A stretch of 64,000 bases of DNA from Octopus bimaculoides. Lineage: Eukaryota. The stretch covers positions 18,467,390 through 18,531,389 of the forward strand of contig NC_069008.1 of NCBI RefSeq assembly GCF_001194135.2. The letters are read 5' to 3'. Positions 11,573 to 22,908 of the stretch are shown piece by piece. Every line of letters begins with the position of its first letter. Position 1 is the first letter of the stretch. A model generated the notes under the pieces. That model ran no database searches, had not been told where the DNA came from, and saw only the letters and a list, made by a program, of their open reading frames with translations. The translations under genes were made by a program, and so were the position numbers.

Positions 11573-12803
11573 TTATCACACACATCTGCCACCTCCAGAC
11601 ACTCACATAGTCCAGACTTTATTGACCCCAACACCAGATCTTGGGGTCAATAAAGTAATCCCCAGAATCAAGTGGTGTTCGCAATCACTCTTGGAAATAT
11701 TGGGGTCAAGTCTTTGGTCAGAGGATCACTTCTGACCTCCCTCCCTCCCCACCGCTACCCAACATCCGTCTCGATTAAACCGAAAAAATTAAAAGACCCC
11801 TACACGTTGCCCTTCTCGCTTTGACTAAACAATAAATGAATAAATAAATAAATAATAGGGGACGGCGAGGAAAATGAACTTTTTAAGGTACTGAAAAAAG
11901 CGAAAATTTGCGAACAACCCCGACTAAAACAAGAGAAGCAAAAAAAATTGAAAGAAACAAGAATTTGTTGTTGTTTAGTGGAAGATTAGTCTTGATTGCT
12001 AATTTTCCGACCGTGGCCATCCTGTTATACTGTCGCTTATATTTACAGTCGTTCAACTGACAATAGGGCGTGGTTTGAGTACGATTTGGCTGTGATTTCT
12101 AGCGAGCTGCAAGACTAGGTTGATATTCCCAAGCTACATCGTGGGGCTAGCGACAAGTTCAGAGACAGGATTTCTAAAGAAACAGGAACCAAAATCCAGG
12201 GGTCGAAGTGGAGAAAAAAAAAACACCGCTTGATGGGTGTGTAATCAGTACGCGCGCGCGCGCGACATGTGTGTAGACAGGCATTGACCAAAGATGGAAT
12301 TATCGACACTTGCGTACACACAGTCAGGTGTATAGTATAAACAGCTATATATTAACACATAAATACATATATACACACCCACACAGCTCGGTATATAATT
12401 TATACAACTATATATAAAAAAGACATAATATATATATATATATATATAATACACACACACACACATACAGCTAGCTACGTTTAGTTAAATAGAAGCACAT
12501 ACACACAAAGAAGTACATATGCATACACACGCGCGTAAATAGCTAGGTATATAGTCTACACAGTTATTAATATATACATAAGCATACACACACACACAGG
12601 CAGCTATGTAGTTATATAAGCACACACACATGTGTGTGTGTGTGTGTATACGTACAGCTGTTTGCCAACATATTTATACTTAAAAACACAAGCGTGCATA
12701 ATTAAATGTGTACACAATTATTTGACACACCACATGCACCTAGTTATATATCTACTAAGACAGCATAATTACGCACCTACAATTTTTACACATACACACG
12801 TGC

Positions 12804-12851
<48 letters not shown>

Positions 12852-13108
12852 GCGCATACGTTAGAAATGTACATTTCTCCTTTTCCAAAAGTGATTGAAG
12901 AAGCCATGCTGCTGTTTAATGTAAATAATGAGGGTTAGGGGAGATGGAGAGAGGGGGAATCGGGATGTGTGTGTGTGTGTGTGTGTGTTTATGAGAGAGG
13001 CAGGTTGATTAGGGAGAGCATTCGAGAGGTTTATTGGTAAGAGAGGGAGAGAGAGACTTGCAGAAAGGGGAGATGAAGAGAAATAATAATAAAAGGGGGA
13101 TTACTGAC

Positions 13109-13447
13109 CTCAGGTCCGGTGAGGATATCATCCGAGTGTTCTGAGGGAGGTTTAAAGAAATCGAGGCCCGAGAGTCTGTTGTGGGGCAAAAGCTGGTCCC
13201 CGCCGCCGCCGCCACCTCCACCACCGCCGCCGCCGCCGACCAGAGACGACTCAGGAGGCGTACGAAGTGATGACAGTTGTAACTGTGCGTCCAAATGGTC
13301 GAAATTGGTGGTGGAGTGGTCATCGGTGAGGTAGGCAACCGCATCATTCAGATCGTTTTTACTGAAACGAAGAGCGTGACGGATGTCAGTTTCGCTGGGG
13401 AACCCCATGTTCAGCAAAGTGTCCACATGAGCCTCGTTCACCTCCAT
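13109..13447 (-). CDS. USP24: USP24 coding exon 1: N-terminal UBA-like domain plus Gly13 tract
   Basis: ATG at 13447-13445. Translation MEVNEAHVDTLLNMGFPSETDIRHALRFSKNDLNDAVAYLT resembles the recalled vertebrate USP24 N-terminus (TLLCMGF...IRKALRLAKNDINEAVALLT), followed by a Gly-rich linker. 339 nt, phase-0 donor GAG|GTCAGT. Confidence 0.93.
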
Positions 13448-13760
13448 TGTTCGTGTTTAATGTCTCACCGACAGCAATGGACGATTAACTGAGTTTAATG
13501 TCGTCGTTGTTTTGTGGTTTTAAAATGAAGTAAAAGAGAGAAAGCCATAAAAATTCCATCGTAAATCTTTTTCTTCTTCGCAGACAAGGTTGCCGCCATT
13601 CCAGGCGCAACGTTAAAGAGTGACACAACCAAGGGACAGAACTCAGACGAGTTTTGTTTGTTTTTGGTTTTTAGAGAGTGCTACTTTCCAAGCGGCACAA
13701 CTCTGTTATTCAACTACTTTTGTGACCCAATTTTGAGATCATCTTTTCGGTCACCGAGAT
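13448..13760 (-). promoter_or_regulatory. USP24 5'UTR and promoter region
   Basis: Unique, relatively CpG-rich sequence immediately upstream of the ATG, with a YY1-like core GCCGCCATT at 13592-13600. The TSS cannot be placed from sequence alone. Confidence 0.5.
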
Positions 13761-14498
13761 TAACTGTCATTTTGCGCTAGGTTTTCGTTAGGAAAGATAG
13801 TATCATTTTATTAACATATTAGATCTGTCAGGTGGAAAAGAACAGTTCTTTTTTCATAAATAAACCATGGGAAGATTATGGAAATTAGTAAATAAACACG
13901 AGATATTCACAATCCTCCCATTATCGATCATACTAGAGGTCACTGGTGATATCCTCCAAACATTTTGGGGACAACCCAAGACATGGCCTGACCAACGGTA
14001 ATGTTGAGGGCTGAGATGCTGGAGCAATCAAACACCTTCACTAACATCTACTTTGATGAGGTTGGACACGAAAATGACTAACATTTCTTGTCATTTCAAA
14101 ATGAAACAAAACGAATAAACGTAATTTAAAGAGAAAAAGAACTATGAATATTCGTTAGGGAGATATTGTTTTACATCACCTTAATTTATTTTGTCCAAGT
14201 TATATATTGTCAGGATTTTATTGACATATTTTTAAGGGAGGAAAGAAAGAAAAAATGCTAAAAGTATGAAAATCGAATTATTGAGTAAAAAAAGAGCCAT
14301 AACTACCTCAGCAAGGAAACAAAATAAACGTAAAAAATATGAAGGGATTAAGCAATAAATATGATTGCAAAGGTGTTGCTGTAGAGAATGGCCAGCAACA
14401 CTAACTGCAGCAGTCGTCGCTCCTCATTTTTCATACAGGCTGCAGTTTGTTCTGATTTTATGGAGGAAATCAGCCGTGTGGGATCTGAGTAAGGTGAA

Positions 14499-15025
14499 GG
14501 TTGGCAATGAGTATAGGGAAGAATTCCGAGTAGAAGTAGAGGTTCACCAAGGATCAGTCCTCATCCCCCTCTTATTCATTATAATTATAGTCCTCCAGGC
14601 AATAACAGAGGAATTCAAGACAGGCTTACCCTGGGAGCTCCTCTATACTGATGACCTTGTTCTAATAGCCGAGTCACTGCCAGAACTGGAGATTAAGTTT
14701 AGGGTGTGGAAGCAAGGTCTAGAATCGAAGGGCCTTAGGGTTAACCTAGCCAAAATCGAAGTCTTAGTAAGTAGGAAGGCTGTCAAATCACAAACCTCTT
14801 CAGGTAGATGGCCCTGCTCGATCTGTAGAAAAGGTGTGGGTAGAAACTCCATAGAAAGCACCCACTACACTCTCAGAGTGGTTGGCATTAGGAAGGGCAT
14901 CCAGCTGTAGAAACTTTGCCAGACCAGATTGGAGCTTGGCTCAGCTGCTGGCTCTCCAGACCTCAGTCAAACTGTCCAACCCATGCCAGCATGAAAAATG
15001 GACATTGAACGATGATGATGATGAA
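14499..15025 (+). mobile_element. Internally deleted RTE LINE: RT core fused directly to the 3' tail
   Basis: KVKVGNEYREEFRVEVEVHQGSVLIPLLFII...WELLYTDDLVL...RWPCSICRKGVGRNSI, then an abrupt switch at about 14853 to the aaagcacccactac tail and (GAT)n. Confidence 0.88.
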
Positions 15026-16323
15026 TAGAAATGAGTAACAAAAAGATGTACAGGTGTCAATTCATTATGGCCGTTTCAAGCGGCTCCTTTCATTGATTAA
15101 TGAAAACATTACATCATTGACATAATTGAGTGCTAGCTTCATTTCTGCTGCACATCCTGCAGAGCATACTGCCTACATTTCTTTCCAGTCGATGCATCTC
15201 CTCTGCATTCAGAGCTCATGTTTGACTAAAATGAAGTATAGCTGTTCGTACACAAGCATCATACAATCTATCTTTCACCCTAAGAGAGAGTCCTTTTGTT
15301 GCCAACAGAGGGAGTAGCTCTCTGAACTTTCTCTGTACTATTCATATTCTAGAAACAATACTTTCAGAGCATCCACCCCCATTGCTAATTTGGTCACCCA
15401 GGTAACAGAAGCTATCTACTACCTTGAGAGAGCCTACTGGACATTTGAGAGAGTCAAATTCCCATGTGCTCTTAGTGTTTATTGTTCCTGCACATCTCGC
15501 ACACACACAAAGGTGACCTTACCTGTTAATCTACCTGCAATTCCACTGCATCCCTTACGTGTCCATAGCATGCATTTGGTGCAGCAAATATATTTTATAT
15601 GGCACAAACCCATCCCCCTTGATACTACTCCCTCCAGTCAAGGGGACTTTGTAAGTTACTTGGCGACCCCATTGGTGCAGGGTGCCATGAAAAAAGCCCC
15701 CAGTACAGCCTTTGAATTGATTGGTAATAAGGAAGGTGATTCAACCATAAAAACCATGCTGAAACTTGCCAACAGACTTTGGCATAGTCCCTCCGACTTG
15801 CCAGCTCTTGTCGAACCATCCAACCCGTGCCAGCATGGAAAGCAGACTTCAAATAAAGATGACGATGATGATTCTGATATGCAAATATATATATACAGAT
15901 GTACAACTATATACATGTACTGATATGTACTGTGTGTGTGTGCATGTTGCATGTACATATTTATATATCTGTGACATTTATGTGTTTATATATGTACATT
16001 TGTATGTATATACATATTTTTCTGAATATGTATGTGGGAGAGAGAAGGAGATGGGGAGAAAAAGGGAGGGTGGAGAGAGTGAGAATGCTCCCCAGTACAT
16101 AACTGGTATATAACTTATGAACCCTGGAAAAATAATGTCTGAGTCAACATTTGTAGGAATTGAACTCAAAGTGTGGAGAGTCAGAACAAATACTGCAAGA
16201 CTTTTTTTTTTTTTATTGTAGCTCTCACAAAATCATTAATTAGTCAAATAATTTTGATGTCAGCTGTAGAATAATTAAGCAAGTTTGAGTAACATATTGG
16301 TAAGTCGCAACAAAACGAGATGA

Positions 16324-16354
<31 letters not shown>

Positions 16355-18684
16355 CAGGGAACAGCAGCAGCAGCAAACTAGCATCTCTTCAGGTGTTGTT
16401 TGTACCAGGTATACACACATTTATATACACAGGTGTATATATATATAATATTTACTGTCAGAAGCTACAAGTCAAGAGTTTTTGAAGATCCCAAGGAGTC
16501 AAAATGCAGGTTGGTCCTTAATTTTCTGTCTATTTATGTTTAACATATGGTGTTAACAACACAATACCACAAGGATATTTCTTAATAGAAATAGCAGCCA
16601 AATCTCCCTCAAATCACATCCTACTGTCTTATGTATATATGTATGCATGAGCCAATGAGGAAGACTTCTACATAGAAGCTAAACCTGATAGAAATAGCAG
16701 CCAAATCTCCTTCAAATCACACCTAACTTTTCTATTCTTAGTTCCTTTTTTTAAAAAAACAGGTAGGTTCAATATTGTGTCCAAGGTACACTATGTCTGA
16801 AAGCAAAAGGAGGAATGGTCACCACTGGATTACTTCTGATCATAGGGTTTTCTTTTTGTCTTGTCTTTCATCATTATTGCTGCCAACTCCCCATCATCAT
16901 TATCATCACCACTGTTGCTTCCCCCACCACCATCTCCACCACTGTACTCTACTGTACATCAGCCTGTCCTTCAAAATGTACTCCAGAACTCTATATTTTC
17001 TAGAAGAAGAGTTGGACAGCTCCTTGTATGAGAAGGGGTGTTGTTAGTGGAGCACACATCCCCCACTTCAATCATGACTCTTTTCACAGTGGAAATACCT
17101 AAGTTAAAAAGAGAGAGTGGAGGGAGACAGAGAATAATCAACCCTAGTATATAACTGGTATTTTATTTATTGCCCCAAAAGGCGAAGTTGGCTTTGATGG
17201 GATTTGAACTTGGAGAACAGACAACTAGAACAAGCAGCACAGAACAATGTATTTGAATACGACAGTAGCGATTCAACACCTTCACAGGTGGGATAAATCA
17301 GCCTTTATCTTATCAGGAAAGGGCTTGTGGGGATAGAAAAAGGGGACAGACAAGCAACTATTTCCAAAACCAAGTATTTTGAATTGAAATTATTTCTCGC
17401 TTTCAAACGGTCGACCATTTCGTATGAAATACATTCAGTTGGAATATGCAAAAAGTCATTAAAAGGCGTAGAAACTTATTTATTAATTTCATTATCATTT
17501 CCAGTAAAACAGATGTTCGTAGTCAGTATCTAAAACAGTTAATGAAAGTATGGTTCACATCATCCAACTGTACTTGCTCAACTGTGTAGAGTACAACCAC
17601 ACTATACAACTACACTCTGCACTCACCCTAGTTAATAAAAAGGGCAATAGAGCCCAGAATTTTACTACTAATTTTATTTTGCTATGTGGACTGCGGTGAG
17701 ATCTTGTTATTTTAAGAACCACTGTGAATTCTATAAAATTGCTTTTTGATAAATAAATGAAATTTCTATATTTTAGTTCATATACTTTCTAAAATTATCA
17801 AAATGGCTGAAGGTGTCTCAGCCTAACACAGCTAGAGCTTTATCAGACATTCACTGGCTATCTGTTTAAATTTATGTATGGCTATGATACATCCACATTT
17901 ACAGTTTGCATCTCCATCTTGCCCACAATATTCGATATGCTGGAACCTGTCAAGAGATGTAGAACCAGGCGAATACCCTCTGTCAGTCACCATGTCTTGA
18001 ATATATTGTTTCTCTGGGTATCAACACACTAAAATTTGAACATCCAGCAGTGGACTTTGTAGGATCTCACAAAATTATCCATCTCCTTTCCCACACAACT
18101 TTGGTTACCTTTATGAATTCAAAACTGTGGACATGTTTATAAAATCAAACAAACAGTGCAGCACCCGTCACTTTAGGAAACATTTCTGCCAAAACAGGAA
18201 ATAAACTCCCTGCATCCTTCAAAAATTCCATACTTCCTGAAATTTACCAACACTACTCCTCACTTGCCTTTATACATCCTTGCCACTTTATGACATTTTT
18301 AAAGTTCCCTTTTCTGTCTTTTTTGTACATATTCTATGTACTCTACATGTACTTCTATCTTTCATAACTATCTTCCTTTACTTGACTTGTGGGTCTGCTT
18401 TTTTATCTTTTCCAATGAGTTGTAGTGCACTGGAGCACTGGATATAATAAGTTCATTATTATCATTTTAGATTTCTCTATCAAACACTTGAAATTGTTTT
18501 CTGAATTATATTACCTGAAACATACACACTGCAACTATATATATNNNNNNNNNNNNNNNNNNNNNNNNNNNNNNNNNNNNNNNNNNNNNNNNNNNNNNNN
18601 NNNNNNNNNNNNNNNNNNNNNNNNNNNNNNNNNNNNNNNNNNNNNNNNNNNNNNNNNNNNNNNNNNNNNNNNNNNNNNNNNNNN

Positions 18685-19299
18685 AGTTGGGCTGGACGGT
18701 TTGACGGCGGATTTCCAAGATATAACCCTCCAGATCATCACAAATCCTCTTCCATGTTTAACAGTTGGAAGAAGGCAGTCTGGGTCAAATGTTTCTTTTG
18801 GCTGTCTCTACACATATACTTGGCCATTGGTCAGAAATAAGGTAAAGGATGACTCGTCTGAAAGAATAGCATTCTTCCACTGCTCTAGGGACCAATTCTG
18901 TAGGTATTTACTCCACTCTAAACACTTTGCAACGTTTGTTTTTGAAAATAGTGGTTTCTGATTGCAGCCCTCCTGTGAAATCCGGCTTTGTGCAGTTCCG
19001 GTGAACAGTTCTTGAGGTGGTCATTAAGCTCTGCAGTAATCTCGGGAGCTTTACTTTTGTGATCCTTTCCAACAATTTGTGTAAGAGTCTGACATCTCGA
19101 TCTGAAAGTTTTGGATTCCTTCCGGAGTTTTGTTTTGACCATATCTGAAAAGAAACAGCAATTTTAGCAAAACATATTAAGCAACACTAATAATAAATCA
19201 AAAACATGAAAATAAACAAGCTTTTAATGGGTTTATAGATATTTCAAAATTATGATGCTATGATGCTAGGTGTTTCCATTATTTTGTCCAACTCCTGTA
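18685..19299 (-). mobile_element. Tc1-like DNA transposon fragment with intact left TIR
   Basis: TA followed by CAGGAGTTGGACAAAATAATGGAAACACC (19297 downward). Coding relic TLTQIVGKDHKSKAPEITAELNDHL..ELHKAGFHRRAAIR, ..IFSDESSF.., ..VKHGRGFVMIW. N-terminal HTH deleted; the other end is lost in a gap. Confidence 0.85.
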
Positions 19300-19339
19300 T
19301 ATATATATATGTGCATATGTATGTGTGTGTGTGTGTGTG

Positions 19340-19420
<81 letters not shown>

Positions 19421-19465
19421 AGAAGGGTGAGAGAAAGAAATAGACATGCATATAGATAGACAGAC

Positions 19466-19504
<39 letters not shown>

Positions 19505-19505
19505 C

Positions 19506-19548
<43 letters not shown>

Positions 19549-19553
19549 CAGAC

Positions 19554-19608
<55 letters not shown>

Positions 19609-19625
19609 CAGACAGAGAAGCAGGG
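19298..19625. repeat. Compound microsatellite (TA/TG/CA/TAGA)n
   Basis: Representative of dozens of (TA)n, (CA)n, (GA)n, (TAGA)n, (AAT)n and (GAT)n arrays, e.g. 31162-31236, 32581-32650, 35690-35865, 41445-41480 and 49507-49720. Confidence 0.95.
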
Positions 19626-20194
19626 AGGAAAAGGTAGAGACACACACAGACAGGCAGAAAGACAAACAGATTTCGTTTATTTTCTACTCAAAAGACTTTA
19701 AAGTGTTCAACAGAACCATATGTTGAAAGAATGCAGAAATAAATATATGTTAATTTAAGCTGGCAATGTATAAAGTGTTATATATGTTAATTTATGTGAG
19801 ACAATGAGGCTTTATATTCCTGAAGCACGGATGTCACAGATGTCAGTGTTTCCCCCCCCCCNNNNNNNNNNNNNNNNNNNNNNNNNNNNNNNNNNNNNNN
19901 NNNNNNNNNNNNNNNNNNNNNNNNNNNNNNNNNNNNNNNNNNNNNNNNNNNNNNNNNNNNNNNNNNNNNNNNNNNNNNNNNNNNNNNNNNNNNNNNNNNN
20001 NNNNNNNNNNNNNNNNNNNNNNNNNNNNNNNNNNNNNNNNNNNNNNNNNNNNNNNNNNNNNNNNNNNNNNTTTGCATAAATTAACATCTCTTTCCCCCCT
20101 CTCTCTCCCCTCCCCCCCCGCTCTCTCCTCTTTCTCTCCCCTCTCCCCCCACTCTCTCTCTTTCTCTCCACATAAACACACATATATATGAGTG

Positions 20195-20590
20195 TAGGCA
20201 TAGTGGTGTTGTAAGAAGTTTGCTTCCCAAACCACATGGTTCTAGGTTCAGTCCCACTGTGCAACATTTTGGGCGTCTTCAACTATAACTTCAAGCCAAC
20301 CAAATCCTTGAGAGTGGATTTGGTTGATGGAAACTGTAAGAAGCTCATCGCATAATTATATTTATCTATGTGTGCCAGTTCTTGTGTCTGTTTGTTCCCT
20401 CATCACAGCTTGACAGCTGGTATTTGGTGTTTACATCTCCATAATCGAGCAACTCGGCAAAAGAGACTGATTGAAGTACCAGGTTTAAAAAATTAACAGT
20501 ACTTAGGTTCATTCATTTTATTAAAATTCTTCAAGAGAGTGCTGCAGCATGGCTGCAGTCAAATGACTGAAACAAGTAAAAGAATGAAGG
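20195..20590 (+). mobile_element. tRNA-derived SINE, family with gcagcatggc.gcagtcaaatgactgaaacaagtaaaag tail
   Basis: A/B-box-like head (GGTTCAGTCC), body aaagccttg.gagtggatttggt..a.ggaaactg, internal microsatellite and conserved tail. Copies at 23570-23965 (-), 24060-24245 (3' part), 52195-52470 (-) and 61655-61810 (-). Confidence 0.8.
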
Positions 20591-21741
20591 ATGGATGTTA
20601 GATGAAGTGGGTCCCAAAGAGTGGGAGAAGTAGCTAGTGATGAAATATGTAGCTCTCATTTCATTCAATTCCAGCAGCAGAAAAGTGCAGTTAGGAGAAT
20701 GATGGAGGGACCAGTGATAGGGAAATAAGGAACTGGTGGGGAAGAGATGACAAAAGTAAGGGGCCAAATATACAATAGGCCCCTCTACAATCACCCATGG
20801 GATTAGTTAATCTATTTGTTCATGACAACTGGTTGTGGGATGAAATCCAGAAATATGTCAGAGCAAAACAAAACCCCTAACCCCATGATTAGGTACACAT
20901 CTCTAAAGATATGGTGCAACTGCAAATAAGTATCTAAAATAATTAATTAGAGGAAACGAGTTTTCACAAAAGTTCAGATGATTAACAAATGAAGTGAAAT
21001 TCACAAATTCACAAAAGCCCCAAAAGGGCCAAAGGGTTTAGTAGAGTGTGGCAGACTGTGAAAAGTAGTAAATAGGTCAATGGCAATGACTTGCTAATAG
21101 ACGTGCGTGTGTGTGTGTGTGTGTGTACGTATATGAATGCATACACACACATATACACTCACACATATGACAACAATAATTTAGATGAACAGCTGTCTGC
21201 ATAATTAATGTTGCATAGTGGAGGATGAGATAGAGGGGTGGGGTGGAGTGTTGGATGAGATCAATATGGGAGTTGGGGAAATGGTTGAATATACTAAATA
21301 TACATATGAGTGATGAAAGAAGACCCCAAAGTCCTTATGTACAACCAGGTTGATGGTAGCCACAGGAATATTGGTCAACCATGGCTCATAAGGATAAGCT
21401 GAAGAGTAACCTCTCAGCGGTCAAAATAGCTCACAACACCTTCGAAACAAACAGCTTTGGGGGTGAACAACATGGAGATCATTGTATGAAAATGGCGTAA
21501 GAGACTTTGTTTCAACCAGCTCTTGAGAGTGCAAGGCAAAGGAGAAAAGTGGCTGAAAATATATATATGCACTGATCCATAATTCTAATACTTGCAACAT
21601 TTGAGGGTTTTTTTGCAAATCATTGGAAGGGACTCAAATGTCACATTCAACATAAAAGCATTGAGACTGACAAAGAAAGAGTCGGTTGCCAGATGCTTAT
21701 ACATCAAAAAACAGCAGGAGATTCCATCTTATATATACATA

Positions 21742-21773
<32 letters not shown>

Positions 21774-22403
21774 ACACACTTTGATCTTAGCCAAAAGGAC
21801 AAGGAGTAGCCCTGTTTATAGATTTAGCATATAGCTTACACATCCTATATCTTGATACTCTGTGAACTGAGATCCTAATATTAAATAAAGTTTCAACACA
21901 ATATACAAATTAATAGTCCCAGTTTTCTGTAGCTACTGAAATTGTTGAATATATCAGCAGCAGATTGGCCGCTTGTTTCTCTGAGATTTCTCAAACTGAT
22001 GTGATGTATCAGTCAGAAGACCAAGAGTGGCTTTCACTTCACATCAATATTTCTGTCTTTTATTGTCTGCAAGCTGGCAGAATCGGTTGCATGCCAGCCA
22101 AAACACTTCACAGTATTTCGTTTGTATTCAGGTTTTGAGTTCAAATCCCACTAAGGCTGGCTTTGTCTTTCATACTTTCAGGGTCGATAAAATAATTACC
22201 AGTTGAACATTGAGGTTGATCTAATCGACTTACTCACTCACCCAAAATTGCTGGCCTTGTGCCAAAATTTGAAATCAGCATTACTGTCTTCTTCAAGTCT
22301 TTGGGGGACACACCCATGCATGGTCCTTTCTTTGGTGTGCTGAGCATTTTCATATCCAGGTTTTCTTTGAGGTATGCTAGTCTGAATGATTTGGGGTTGA
22401 ATG

Positions 22404-22462
22404 AGACCTCATCAGGAAGAGAGTACTTCCTGAAGACCTCATCAGGAAGAGAGTACTTCCTG
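22404..22462. repeat. 30-bp tandem duplication with an internal 7-bp inverted repeat
   Basis: agacctcatCAGGAAGagagtaCTTCCTG(a) occurs twice. Confidence 0.95.
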
Positions 22463-22509
22463 GAGAGCTCACTGCCATAGGATATTGTTTCCTTCACTTT
22501 TCATCACTA

Positions 22510-22860
22510 TTCATTTTTGCTGCTGTTGTTTAGCAAATGTTGTCTGAGAGCGACTACCAAGTTTGTGCCAAAACTGCCGACCAAAGAGACACTCTGGTTT
22601 CAGTTGCACAAGGTCTCTTTGATTGTGCAGAGAACAATAAAAACTTTTTGAAAACTTTGTGTAGGCCTCTGAGCAGGTATCAGCAAACTTTTGGCAAAAT
22701 TTGATGAAGATTCTCTGCTCAAGTTTCTCTGCCATGGTCAATGCGACACCCACACACTACACATCTTCCTTCCAAACACTGCTGTAAACAACAGAAGTGA
22801 GCTAGAGCATTAAAACTTTGTGTGCATGTACAGCAAAGCTGAAGGTCAACCTGTGCCAGG
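22510..22860 (-). mobile_element. Mariner 5' fragment, internally deleted
   Basis: MAEKLEQRIFIKFCQKFADTCSEAYTK resembles the mariner transposase N-terminus (EQRICIKFC). Lies directly upstream of the annexin start exon. Confidence 0.65.
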
Positions 22861-22893
22861 CGGCTTTATTCTGCGTGCTTTAGCTTCGTTACT

Positions 22894-22908
22894 ATGGCAA
22901 CAGTCCAG
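22894..22908 (+). CDS. Annexin exon with start codon (MATVQ)
   Basis: Acceptor gctttag| ending at 22883, ATG at 22894, donor CAG|GTACTT. In frame with the next exon, giving MATVQGTV, as in short annexin N-termini. Implies a non-coding exon further upstream. Confidence 0.75.

Noticed and set aside
16330-17700. Candidate annexin non-coding first exons (donors near 16409 and 17696)
   Set aside because: Several equally plausible donors exist and sequence alone cannot choose among them.
17940-18420. Possible Mutator/IS256-like transposase relic (LAEMFPK..FYKHVHS)
   Set aside because: Similarity is too fragmentary and interrupted by stops to support a call.
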